Below are positions 8,539 through 17,103 of a stretch of 51,183 nt of DNA, in pieces. Location of the stretch: IMG/VR virus record IMGVR_UViG_3300045988_161624, positions 1 through 51,183 of that record, one strand, 5' to 3'. The position numbers were made by a program, and so were the translations under genes. Below the pieces are notes generated by a model that was not told the DNA's origin, searched no databases, and worked only from the letters and a program-made list of their open reading frames with translations. Source of the DNA: a virus. The number at the start of each line of letters is the position of its first letter. Within the stretch, counting starts at the first letter, position 1.

Positions 8539-8677
8539 GCCTTGCGCAGTTTATCCAATCGGCGGTGAAAAAGTTGCAAAAGAAGTTAAAAACATTCCGT
8601 ATAATGGTTACGAGAATTTTTGGGAACATCAAGCAAGACTTTATAAATTAAAACAAGAGTTAGATTTGTGTAAATAA
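8444..8677 (+). CDS. o-spanin (outer-membrane lipoprotein subunit), overlapped architecture
   Basis: Starts in the +1 frame inside the i-spanin gene. Signal plus lipobox-like LILVVIFCCGC. Confidence 0.65.
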   Translation: MWKLKKRSRQFILLLILVVIFCCGCTQKINSRPCAVYPIGGEKVAKEVKNIPYNGYENFWEHQARLYKLKQELDLCK

Positions 8678-8679
8678 AA

Positions 8680-8707
8680 AGTCCGGTAGGCACCCACCTC
8701 CCGGACT
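8680..8707 (+). terminator. hairpin after the lysis cassette (no U tract)
   Basis: AGTCCGG (8680-8686) pairs with CCGGACT (8701-8707), 14-nt loop. Confidence 0.3.
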
Positions 8708-8767
8708 GATATGTAAATGTTATCGCAAACGCCAATAACATTTACATTATGTAATAAAATTTGGCAG

Positions 8768-9193
8768 ATGTCAATGCAAATCTGGGTGGACGGAGCTTTT
8801 AACCATAAAACAAAAGAAGCCGGGTTAGGTATTTTAATTCGGGAAATAATACCGAACGGTACAAAAGAAACCAGATTACATGTAAAAACTAAAGCAGAGG
8901 ATAATAATCAGGCGGAATTATTGGCTATTTACAATGCCCTTCAACACATTAAAGGTTCGCCCCGTAGCGAGCCTATTTTTATTATCACAGACAGCCAAAT
9001 TGCTATTGAGAGTATATTGCACCCAGAAACCAAGAAAGACAAATATAGAGAGATTGCAGAACGAATAAGGGGCATGTTGTATTGTGAGAGATGGAAAATA
9101 TATCACAAGAAAGCACATACGGGCAGAAGGGATAGATATTCAATCTATCAAGACCTTGCAGATAAACTTGCAAAAAGCCTTGATTTTAGTTAA
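8768..9193 (+). CDS. rnhA: RNase H (RNase HI-like)
   Basis: IWVDGAF, NNQAELLAIYNAL, FIITDSQ, KKAHTG..D supply the DEDD-type catalytic residues. Confidence 0.85.
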   Translation: MSMQIWVDGAFNHKTKEAGLGILIREIIPNGTKETRLHVKTKAEDNNQAELLAIYNALQHIKGSPRSEPIFIITDSQIAIESILHPETKKDKYREIAERIRGMLYCERWKIYHKKAHTGRRDRYSIYQDLADKLAKSLDFS

Positions 9194-9236
9194 AATGTTT
9201 TTACAATAAAACTCTAAACTCCAAATGCTAGAACAA

Positions 9237-9297
9237 GCCCCCCTGCTTCAGGCATTATTACCAGTAATAATGTACAGCTTCTCGGGGGGCGTTTTTT
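9237..9297 (+). terminator. terminator between convergent late and replication operons
   Basis: GCCCCCC (9237-9243) pairs with GGGGGGC (9284-9290), inner cattatt/aataatg stem, then TTTTTT. Confidence 0.6.
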
Positions 9298-9529
9298 ATA
9301 AAAGTTTGTTTCTTACTTTACAAACAGTTTCGGCGGTATGTAAATCGAGAAATATATCATTTATGCTGGTGTATTTTTTGCAGTTATTAGATTTGATGAC
9401 AATTTCTAATTTGTTATTGGTTATATTAATACCTTCAATGTGCCAATCCTCTTTGCTGACCTCCCAACCATTATTAATCCACCAATCATAATCTTCTTGA
9501 ATGTAAAAAACTTTATCCCCAATTTTCAT
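9296..9529 (-). CDS. hypothetical protein
   Basis: 77-aa ORF, last gene of the leftward operon. Confidence 0.55.
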   Translation of the reverse strand: MKIGDKVFYIQEDYDWWINNGWEVSKEDWHIEGINITNNKLEIVIKSNNCKKYTSINDIFLDLHTAETVCKVRNKLL

Positions 9530-9735
9530 TTTAACAATCCCATGTTATTTTTAAGTTCACGATGATAACCATAAATAATACCGTCGACATCTTTAACATA
9601 AACATCCATGCCGTAAGGTAAAATTTCCAAAAGTTCGTTTAAATTTTTTTCAAATTTTATTTTCGAACATTTTTCAATCATTGTTAAAGGCGGTAAACCA
9701 GTTTCAACATATTGTCCGATATAAAAAGTATACAT
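9526..9735 (-). CDS. hypothetical protein
   Basis: 69-aa ORF, 4-nt overlap with the downstream gene, GGAGGA upstream. Confidence 0.6.
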   Translation of the reverse strand: MYTFYIGQYVETGLPPLTMIEKCSKIKFEKNLNELLEILPYGMDVYVKDVDGIIYGYHRELKNNMGLLK

Positions 9736-9744
9736 AACATCCTC

Positions 9745-11802
9745 CTATATAATAAGTTTTTGAGCTTCTTGAATGTACCAATCGTAATTGATATTATCCC
9801 ATTTAAAAGTTTCAATATCGTTAACAACTGTGACTTTATATCCGGCCGCTAATCCTGTAACACGTTCCTCGTATTTTGATTTATTCTTTGTGCAAACTCT
9901 TTCATCCCATTCACCGCCTGTTTCAGCCATGACCCTATTATATTCCGTTTCAGTAATACCATTTCGACGTTTATAACAACCTACCGGACCGGCAGGGGGC
10001 ATAACTTTTGATAAAAATTCCCCATCTGTACTGATATAAAATCTTGTATTTTTTTGGACATGTTTATTACCCCAAAACAGCTTAGAACCGCCGGTAGCTT
10101 TAACTGCGCAACAAAAGTCAAACGGATTGAAGCAACTGCGAATGTATGTTTCAATATCAACACCATCAACCATATTTGCAACAGCCGCCCGCGTGCTGAC
10201 AACGTTTGAAAAGTTTTTATGCCATGCCGGCGGTTGCGAGGATGCTACCGATTCGTGATAATTTAACGGGTCAGGTGTCCAATAAGCACCTTTGAGTTTA
10301 CATTTCCCGTCCGTACCAACGGCAATATAGTTATTAACGTCGCGAATATACATTTTAGCGTATCTGGCTTCTTTAAGGTCCAGATGTGTTAATTGTTCCC
10401 ATCGTTTACAAATCTCTTGTGTCTGTTGATAATAATCTTTGTGAATGTAAAATGTAATACCATCTGTATTGGCTTGAATAACTTGCAATGTCGGAACATC
10501 TGTCAGCCATTCGAGCAACATTGACAACATTAATTGACCGTTGATAGTAATTGTCATGGTAAATTGCGGGTCATACATCACGCTGAATTTGGAGTTTGAT
10601 TTACCATAAGCACCATTGAGAGCGAGTTTGATAGCGTTGGCTTCCGTGCATTTTTCACCTTTTTCTTTTTGCCATTTTTTACGTTCTTTTTTAAGGTCAC
10701 CGTAAATGCTTGCGAATCTATCTCCCAAATGTTCGGGATGCAAGCCGTTTACAATAGCAATTGACGGATATAGACTTGATACGTCAACATCAACAATCCA
10801 CCAATCGTCTGTAGCTTGTATGCGTTTCTTTTCAACAGAACCGTGAATACCACCAACTCCATAATGATATTCAACGCCGTTGACAGTCGCTGTAAGATTT
10901 TCAAACACACCTTTGGTTTTAATATTTGTACTTTCTTCGCCAGCTGCATTGATTTCTTCACTTCTCAATACCTGAGAACACATATAATCGTAGATATGCT
11001 TAAATTCAGGCTTTTTTAATTTTACATAAGAAAAAATAATATTTTTAAGTGGTATTTGCGTTCTTGGTGTTTGACGCATCTGTCGGTAACCTGTGGAGAC
11101 ATCATAACATACTTCATCACCAAGACGGGATATGATAGTTTGTTCGCCGATTTTTGTATCATTCCAGTTATAAACGTCGATACCAAATTGTGATTCAAGC
11201 CCTTGTCTAAATTCAACAGCGTGATGCGCATATTCAGCAAATCGCTTAGTTTCCTGTACGTCATGTATGTTATAAGGGATGAGCAAGGTGTTAACTTGTT
11301 CTTGAGTTAGCACTGTTCCCGGTTCTATCGGCATATCCTCAACGCTATCAACGCGCATGTTTATCTGAAGGAATTTTAAGCTGGTAGATTTTGCCTTGTT
11401 ATCAAAATGGTGCATTTTAAACAAATCCACCTGCGGCGTAAAACGGTCAGAAGCCCATATAATATGACCGAATTTGCTCTCGGCGTTAATAATGTCAGAG
11501 GCCTTTGCGTAAAGCTGCTGATAGGTTGCCGAGGGATTATTCCAAAGGAAATGGATAACAGGATAGTCGAAATTGATGTTATTAAAGCCTATCATAGGCG
11601 TTTGAGTTGCTGCAAGCTCTCTAAAAAATGCTAAAAGCTGCTTGCGGTCGTCACGATATTCAGAAATTTCCCAAACTGAACGAACATTAGAATTTAACAT
11701 TTCCATTGATAATGTAAAACAGTTCGGGAAAGTTTCAATATCGTAGACTATAGCGTTTGTAAAGTTAAGAGGCATTTTACCACCATCCGAATACCCGTCC
11801 AT
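9745..11802 (-). CDS. DNA polymerase, family-B-like with 3'-5' exonuclease domain
   Basis: Exo motifs VYDIETFPN, GFNNINFDYPV, YNIHDVQET. Polymerase motifs VDVSSLYPS, KLALNGAYGKSN, ANTDGI. Alternative start ATG at 11775. Confidence 0.85.
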   Translation of the reverse strand: MDGYSDGGKMPLNFTNAIVYDIETFPNCFTLSMEMLNSNVRSVWEISEYRDDRKQLLAFFRELAATQTPMIGFNNINFDYPVIHFLWNNPSATYQQLYAKASDIINAESKFGHIIWASDRFTPQVDLFKMHHFDNKAKSTSLKFLQINMRVDSVEDMPIEPGTVLTQEQVNTLLIPYNIHDVQETKRFAEYAHHAVEFRQGLESQFGIDVYNWNDTKIGEQTIISRLGDEVCYDVSTGYRQMRQTPRTQIPLKNIIFSYVKLKKPEFKHIYDYMCSQVLRSEEINAAGEESTNIKTKGVFENLTATVNGVEYHYGVGGIHGSVEKKRIQATDDWWIVDVDVSSLYPSIAIVNGLHPEHLGDRFASIYGDLKKERKKWQKEKGEKCTEANAIKLALNGAYGKSNSKFSVMYDPQFTMTITINGQLMLSMLLEWLTDVPTLQVIQANTDGITFYIHKDYYQQTQEICKRWEQLTHLDLKEARYAKMYIRDVNNYIAVGTDGKCKLKGAYWTPDPLNYHESVASSQPPAWHKNFSNVVSTRAAVANMVDGVDIETYIRSCFNPFDFCCAVKATGGSKLFWGNKHVQKNTRFYISTDGEFLSKVMPPAGPVGCYKRRNGITETEYNRVMAETGGEWDERVCTKNKSKYEERVTGLAAGYKVTVVNDIETFKWDNINYDWYIQEAQKLII

Positions 11803-11929
11803 AAATCGGTAAATATACGCAATGAGCCGTTAAACATACAGTAAGTTGATAAATGGTATGTACGTTGTTCATCGATTTAACAAATATAAAAAGCCATAAT
11901 ACTACTGCATAAATAACAATCCAGTCCAT
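11777..11929 (-). CDS. 50-aa hydrophobic micro-ORF, not in the track
   Basis: Hand translation MDWIVIYAVVLWLFIFVKSMNNVHT... GGAGAA SD. Stop lies 1 nt before the polymerase ATG at 11775. Confidence 0.35.
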   Translation of the reverse strand: MDWIVIYAVVLWLFIFVKSMNNVHTIYQLTVCLTAHCVYLPIYGRVFGWW

Positions 11930-11930
11930 T

Positions 11931-12230
11931 TTAATTCTCCGCACTCAATAAATCAAAAGGATGTTCTTGCAATATCGGATAAAGAAAATTCGTCAAAACT
12001 TCAACGACTCTTTCTTCCCCGTCTTCTTTGCACAAATAACCGTTTCGATAGCAAATATGAAGTATCTCGTGCAGCAAGACATTTTCCTGTACTTGTAACG
12101 GCATATCTTTGTTAATAAAAATTTTAGCTTCGGCAAAATTTGATTTTCCCATATTTCCGCCACAATAATCACCGTCAACCATTTTAATTTCATAAAGTAC
12201 ACCGGCAATGTTTAACATCTTTTTAACCAT
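11931..12230 (-). CDS. small HExxH metallopeptidase-like protein (ImmA/IrrE-like core)
   Basis: ATG at 12230 after GGAGAA. AKIFINKDMPLQVQENVLLHEILHICY. Confidence 0.55.
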   Translation of the reverse strand: MVKKMLNIAGVLYEIKMVDGDYCGGNMGKSNFAEAKIFINKDMPLQVQENVLLHEILHICYRNGYLCKEDGEERVVEVLTNFLYPILQEHPFDLLSAEN

Positions 12231-12231
12231 T

Positions 12232-12423
12232 TTAATTCTCCACACCTGCAAGAAGTTCATCAACGATATAAAATTTTTCAACTTTTTCAGCTGGTAAAAA
12301 CAAAACAATGTTTTCTTCATCGGGGTTGATTGAAGGTATTTCAAAATGGTCTTCTATTTTATAACCGATATAAAATTGATCATCTTTTGTTTTTATCAAT
12401 AATCTTTCAAGCGATAACGACAT
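12232..12423 (-). CDS. hypothetical protein
   Basis: ATG at 12423 after AAGGAG. 63 aa. Confidence 0.55.
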   Translation of the reverse strand: MSLSLERLLIKTKDDQFYIGYKIEDHFEIPSINPDEENIVLFLPAEKVEKFYIVDELLAGVEN

Positions 12424-12427
12424 ATTT

Positions 12428-12787
12428 TTACTCCTTATTTGTATGATGATAAGTGCCTTCGGCAGTTTTTTGCCATATCCGAGCTTTATTTTTCTGATGT
12501 TTATTATAAACCTGTTTGTAGAAAACATCGTTATAATGCGTTAAATCGTTCAACAGCCCCATGGTAATTATTCTGCCGGTAACAGAGTTCCAACGCCCGA
12601 GACCGCAACAAACAATGAAAATATCGGCAAGTTCTTTACCGGAATCTTCAACACCTGTTGCAGCCATCCATTCTGTAAACTCTTCTTCAAGCTTTACGAG
12701 TTGTCCCTCAAGCGTTGCGTCCGGGAAACAATTTTCGTGCCATTCGGTGATTTCACTAGATAATTCAGTCCATTTGTCTTTGTTCAT
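12428..12787 (-). CDS. MazG-like nucleotide pyrophosphohydrolase
   Basis: EWHENCFPDATLEGQLVKLEEEFTEW ... ELADIFIV matches the all-alpha NTP-PPase pattern. Confidence 0.65.
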   Translation of the reverse strand: MNKDKWTELSSEITEWHENCFPDATLEGQLVKLEEEFTEWMAATGVEDSGKELADIFIVCCGLGRWNSVTGRIITMGLLNDLTHYNDVFYKQVYNKHQKNKARIWQKTAEGTYHHTNKE

Positions 12788-12965
12788 TTTCCAAATCCTT
12801 TAATATTTGAGGGCGTACTTGATATTTATAAATGCTATCGGCGTTTTTAGCAACTTCTGCTGTTGTAAAAAGTTTCATATCTACAAGCATAGCTATTAAC
12901 GTCATGAGAATTACATAATTTCGCAATCCCATATCTTTCAAATCTTCAAATTTTTCCGGCAACAT
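12765..12965 (-). CDS. hypothetical protein
   Basis: 66-aa ORF with GGAGG upstream. Confidence 0.5.
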   Translation of the reverse strand: MLPEKFEDLKDMGLRNYVILMTLIAMLVDMKLFTTAEVAKNADSIYKYQVRPQILKDLENEQRQMD

Positions 12966-13028
12966 GAAAAATACCTCCTAAATTAATAAATTGACAGACT
13001 TTTACCGGTCTGTCAGCGGCTGTCAACA

Positions 13029-13949
13029 TTACCTAGTAGGGAATGAAGTCGCAAAAGGTACAGTACCATTTGCCGTTTGGGGCGTGGTAGCAGGCTGGGC
13101 GGCCACATTCGCAGCAGGCTGGGTAAACCCCTGCGGTGCTTGCGGCATCGGCATACCCTGAGCATTGTTAACAAAGTCATAAGCCGGTGCAGGCATAGGT
13201 GCTTGTGCAACTGGCTGTTGCGGTGCTTGCGGCATTGCAGGAGCTGCAGGTGCCATAGGCATAGCCGTCGGCTGTTGCGGCATCGGCATTTGAGCTGTGG
13301 TCGGTGCCGAGCTAATGGGTGTCGCAGATGCTCCGGCAGGAACGGCAGATGCCTGACCGCCAAACAATTTCATCGGGTCGGCATTTATAGAGCCTTTGAT
13401 AGCCTGCCCGTAACCTACAAGTTCATAAGCGTTCGGGTTCCAATAGATGCCGCCGTCTTTTTCAGTGTGTACACTCAAATTAACACTTGCAACGACATAA
13501 TCACCGGTTTTAACTTCGTCCGCTTCAACTTTACGATAAGCTCCGTTTTCAAATTTATAAGTTGACGGACAATAGGCAGATGTACGAACTTTAATGATAT
13601 AACAGCCTTTATATCCGTCACGGGTGTTATACGGTACATTTGAACCTTGCGGACAAGCAGGGCTGTCACCGTTAATAATTTTCCAAGCAAATCTCGTCAT
13701 CTCAAGCTGTTCGGGATTAGCGTTTGCATATTGCGGATAAACTTTTGCAACTTCCTGAACAATATACGGCCAAACATTCTGCATAAATTCAGCTTTGGGA
13801 ATTGCAAGGTCAATACGGTGTTCTTTGACCGGCTGACCGTTCTTATCTGTTTTAGGCTGTTTGGTATAATAATCAATAGCCTGTTCAAATTTGTTAGGGT
13901 CGCCGCCGACAATACGTCCGGCAGGCAGCTTAAAACATTCTAACGTCAT
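13029..13949 (-). CDS. ssDNA-binding protein, DUF2815-like, with long Pro/Ala/Gln/Met-rich tail
   Basis: VKTGDYVVASVNLSVHTEKDGGIYWNPNAYELVGYG core. Tail contains APAYDFVNNA. Neighbours the DUF2800-like nuclease. Confidence 0.7.
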   Translation of the reverse strand: MTLECFKLPAGRIVGGDPNKFEQAIDYYTKQPKTDKNGQPVKEHRIDLAIPKAEFMQNVWPYIVQEVAKVYPQYANANPEQLEMTRFAWKIINGDSPACPQGSNVPYNTRDGYKGCYIIKVRTSAYCPSTYKFENGAYRKVEADEVKTGDYVVASVNLSVHTEKDGGIYWNPNAYELVGYGQAIKGSINADPMKLFGGQASAVPAGASATPISSAPTTAQMPMPQQPTAMPMAPAAPAMPQAPQQPVAQAPMPAPAYDFVNNAQGMPMPQAPQGFTQPAANVAAQPATTPQTANGTVPFATSFPTR

Positions 13950-13968
13950 TTCTTTTCTCCGTTTTAAG

Positions 13969-14211
13969 TTAAATATCTAAAGCTTTTCTATAAGTTTCGA
14001 GTAAAAACTCTTTCTCGTCCCTATCAGCAGCGTTCATTTTGCGAAGTTTGATAATCTCACGCATGATTTTAGTATCAAAACCAGCGCTTTTGGCTTCCGC
14101 ATAAATATCGTTAATATCCGATGTGATAGCAGATTTTTCTTCCTCGAGATGCTCGATTCGTTCAATTAAAGATAGCAATCTGGTGCTATCAATTCCGCCA
14201 ACTTCTGACAT
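13969..14211 (-). CDS. GapR-like DNA-binding protein (DUF2312/UPF0335 family)
   Basis: LLSLIERIEHLEEEKSAITSDINDIYAEAKSAGFDTKIMREIIKLRKM matches the family consensus along the full length. Confidence 0.8.
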   Translation of the reverse strand: MSEVGGIDSTRLLSLIERIEHLEEEKSAITSDINDIYAEAKSAGFDTKIMREIIKLRKMNAADRDEKEFLLETYRKALDI

Positions 14212-14231
14212 ATTTTTACTCCTTTTTAAAA

Positions 14232-14615
14232 TTAACGTTTTCCTGCTTCTAAAATCGGTAAACCAGCCTCTGTCGGAATATAAATTACTTTATTTCCTTG
14301 AGTTTCGGTTTCGCTAAGATTTTGAATATACAAATATCTCAAATAACCTTCGTTATTTTTTAAGCTGTCACCGATTATTTTGTTTGCTTTAGCAACTCCT
14401 TCAGCTCTTATTACTTCCGCTTCCGCAAGCGCTTTTGCTGATTCTTTTTTAGCATGAGCTTCTTCAATAATAATTTTTCTATTGCTTTCAGCTCTTTGCA
14501 ATTCACCTTCACCAATCAATCTGCTTGTATATACATTATATCGAGGATAAATGTATATACAAGCACCAATCAAACCAACAAAGATTAAAAAACCTCGTAA
14601 ACCGCTATTACTCAT
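14232..14615 (-). CDS. truncated SPFH/Band-7 (prohibitin-like) membrane protein
   Basis: ATG at 14615 after AAGGAG. N-terminal TM, then AKALAEAEVIRAEGVAKANKIIGDSL..YLRYLYIQNL..NKVIYIP. Confidence 0.6.
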   Translation of the reverse strand: MSNSGLRGFLIFVGLIGACIYIYPRYNVYTSRLIGEGELQRAESNRKIIIEEAHAKKESAKALAEAEVIRAEGVAKANKIIGDSLKNNEGYLRYLYIQNLSETETQGNKVIYIPTEAGLPILEAGKR

Positions 14616-14619
14616 ATTT

Positions 14620-15696
14620 TTACTCCTTTTCTCCAAAATATTTTTCTGCAATTTTACTTTCATCAACTGCAACAAGTTTAAAACCGTTGTCAGGTCTATA
14701 AGTGCATTCGGCCACAAAATCCTCCGGCACACCGGCTTTTTTAGCCTGTGCAGGTGTCATAAGTTTTTCAACACGGACATCAATACCTGTCATTGCTTTA
14801 ATAAAATCAGCATTGATATTTTTATTCCATGCCGTCTGACCTAAAGCCGGAACGATTGAATAACCTTTAACACCTTTACCTTCCGACAGTCTGTGCTTTG
14901 CTAAATCCTCATAAGCGTCATAAGACTGTTTTAGGACTTCCTGAGCGCGTTTGAGATTTGTCAGCATCCATGATAGCCGTTCGTTGCTAATTTCGCTATC
15001 AAAAGCCAATTCTGCAACGTCCACGGCATTCATAGCCGCTATTTGTGCTGCGGGGCATTGAGAGAGCGACTGGCATTTATAGCATTGTGCGCCGCTGCAA
15101 ACTGTTGATGAGGGGTTGACAAGGGTTTGAATTAATTTGTCATACAGTTGCAATAGCTCACTATAACTTACCTGCCACTCTCTAATGCTTCCTTGCGGAT
15201 GATACGGTCGGGGTTGAAAAATTTTGAACACTATCAGGTTCGGATAAGAATTGCCAAGCTGTTTGCAATATCCAATCGCATGACTGATTAATGTCCAATT
15301 CATTTTCGGTTCAACAATCCGCCAGCCGTATTTCAAGTCCGCAATGGTTAAAATACCATCAGCACATTTAACGCAATCAGCACGTCCGTGAATTTCCCAG
15401 CCGTTACCGGAATGAGATGTATCCACTTCGACCTTGCAATTATCGGAAGTTATAAACTCGAAATAATCCCGGCAATTTTCAACCATTTCATCGGTTATAA
15501 ATAAACCGTTCGGTGCTGATTGTCCGATTAACGTTTCCGGGCTGATACCACCCGCAACCTGCTCAGCAAGCCAATGGACAGCATTACCTTCGTCGGTCAA
15601 TTCGGTTGAAGGGTCAAAAGGCTGTACGCTGCCTAAAGACTTATAACCGTTGCAGGCCATAAAACGCGGAAGTTCTGTTGCAGTTAATGATAACAT
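14620..15696 (-). CDS. PD-(D/E)XK Cas4-like exonuclease (DUF2800-like)
   Basis: ILTIADLKYG nuclease motif. C-terminal Cys cluster CSGAQCYKCQSLSQC. Adjacent to the DUF2815-like SSB. Confidence 0.7.
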   Translation of the reverse strand: MLSLTATELPRFMACNGYKSLGSVQPFDPSTELTDEGNAVHWLAEQVAGGISPETLIGQSAPNGLFITDEMVENCRDYFEFITSDNCKVEVDTSHSGNGWEIHGRADCVKCADGILTIADLKYGWRIVEPKMNWTLISHAIGYCKQLGNSYPNLIVFKIFQPRPYHPQGSIREWQVSYSELLQLYDKLIQTLVNPSSTVCSGAQCYKCQSLSQCPAAQIAAMNAVDVAELAFDSEISNERLSWMLTNLKRAQEVLKQSYDAYEDLAKHRLSEGKGVKGYSIVPALGQTAWNKNINADFIKAMTGIDVRVEKLMTPAQAKKAGVPEDFVAECTYRPDNGFKLVAVDESKIAEKYFGEKE

Positions 15697-15699
15697 AAA

Positions 15700-16422
15700 T
15701 TACAAACCTTTTTTAACCAATTCGTTAATTACATAACTAAGAGCCTGTGCGTTACCTCTCAATTCAGCAGCTCCCTGATAAGAGGTACCGAAAGTGGCAT
15801 TAACACCGGCAATTACATTCTGCATGAAGTTGGCATCCAGTACTTTCATCTGCAAACCGTTACGCAACTGTTCAAACATTCTGTTATAAAGAGCCTCCGG
15901 GTCTTCTGCTACCGGTGCAGCCTGCGGCATGATTGATTCTACAGGTGCGGTAGCATTATTAACAAAGTCATAAGCAGGTGCTACTGGAGCTGCTGGAGCT
16001 GCTGGAGCTTGCGGTACAATCGGCTCAGCAGGCGCTACAGGTGCCTGCGGTGCTACCGGAGCTGAGGCATAGGGTATTATCGACTCTACTGATGTTACGG
16101 GTGCTACCGGTGCAGGGTCTTCAATCGGACTCAACGTAATAGGTGCTAACAATTCAGTTTTAACGCGATTATATTCTTCATCGGTAATACCACGACGACG
16201 TTGCCAAACACCTTTAGCGGTCATCTGATGATTTGAACTGTGGATTCTCTCATCCCATGGCAAACCTTCTTTGTCCAGCGTCAAAACATTATTAACCGAT
16301 TTAACCGATTCGATTGATTCAACCGATTCAGTCTGTTTGACTGATACCACCGGCTCATCAGTCAAAACTTTTGCAATTTTCAACAGCTCATCGGCTGTCA
16401 ATCCTTCAAGTGTAATTTTCAT
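15700..16422 (-). CDS. replication-module protein of unknown function with PWDERIH motif and Pro/Ala-rich linker
   Basis: GLPWDERIHSS..WQRRRGITDEEYNRV. APAYDFVNNA is shared with the SSB tail. Confidence 0.6.
   Translation of the reverse strand: MKITLEGLTADELLKIAKVLTDEPVVSVKQTESVESIESVKSVNNVLTLDKEGLPWDERIHSSNHQMTAKGVWQRRRGITDEEYNRVKTELLAPITLSPIEDPAPVAPVTSVESIIPYASAPVAPQAPVAPAEPIVPQAPAAPAAPVAPAYDFVNNATAPVESIMPQAAPVAEDPEALYNRMFEQLRNGLQMKVLDANFMQNVIAGVNATFGTSYQGAAELRGNAQALSYVINELVKKGL
16293..16328 (-). repeat. four imperfect 9-bp tandem units inside the 15700..16422 CDS
   Basis: taaccgatt taaccgatt cgattgatt caaccgatt, encoding SVESIESVKSV. Confidence 0.8.
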
Positions 16423-16443
16423 TTTATTTCCTTACAATAAATG

Positions 16444-16480
16444 TTGACATTTAACAATAACCGTTTTACATTATTGTCAA
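16444..16480. promoter_or_regulatory. divergent promoter region between the two replication operons
   Basis: + strand TTGACA (16444-16449), 17-nt spacer, TACATT (16467-16472). A TTGACA on the - strand (16480-16475) faces it. Confidence 0.5.
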
Positions 16481-16506
16481 ACAGATTGCAAGAGGAAAAT
16501 TAAAAA

Positions 16507-17103
16507 ATGTCAAAAATTGTTATAAAAAGTGATGATTTATATAGATTTTCAAAGCTCGTGGACGACGGTGGATATATAAGAATAGAAATTAAAGACCATA
16601 AAGCTTTTATGATTGCAAGCAATGAAATTATAGCTTGTGTAAAATATTTCGGCGATTCGTTTGGTGCAAATGAAATTGTGTACATTAAAGTTGACGCAAC
16701 GTTCAAAGAAAGAATGGAATTTGATTCAAAATTTTCAACATCTGTAATATTAGAAACTGTACCGGAATTTGGTCTTGCAACATTAAAAACAGATAAAGAT
16801 ATTTCCGAATCACTCATATATCTTGATGAAACTTTTTATGATGAATGGCGTTCTTGGTTTGTCGAATCATCAGAGAATAAAGGGTTTATGTTTTGGGATA
16901 CTTATCAAATAATTAAATTGTTTGAATGTAGTCCTTCGGGACAAATAACATTTCCGGCAGTTATAAACAGCTCTAAACCTGTTTTATTAAGAGATATTAC
17001 CGATTCAGAGTGGGTTGGAGTATTTATACCTACCGCAAAAGATGATAAGAAAAGTAAACCCGCTGAATTGCCGGAGTGGTTAAAAGATGCCGATAAAGCT
17101 TAG
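16507..17103 (+). CDS. hypothetical protein, first gene of the rightward replication operon
   Basis: 198-aa ORF. No motif recognised. Confidence 0.6.
   Translation: MSKIVIKSDDLYRFSKLVDDGGYIRIEIKDHKAFMIASNEIIACVKYFGDSFGANEIVYIKVDATFKERMEFDSKFSTSVILETVPEFGLATLKTDKDISESLIYLDETFYDEWRSWFVESSENKGFMFWDTYQIIKLFECSPSGQITFPAVINSSKPVLLRDITDSEWVGVFIPTAKDDKKSKPAELPEWLKDADKA

Noticed and set aside
13013-13943. Several 70-160-aa ORFs on both strands overlapping the SSB gene (13013..13363, 13077..13565, 13475..13690, 13647..13943, 13697..13912)
   Set aside because: They are alternative-frame readings of the Pro/Ala/Gln-rich repeat region and the SSB core. Their products are Arg/Cys/His-rich and implausible, with no start signals.
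16507-17103. Idea that the 16507..17103 and 28880..29455 products are half-size beta-clamp-like proteins (C-terminal ..PVLL...-..FIPT / ..ILLES..-..LQPLNL patterns)
   Set aside because: It rests only on a vague resemblance to DnaN C-terminal strands. No motif-level support is available from sequence alone.
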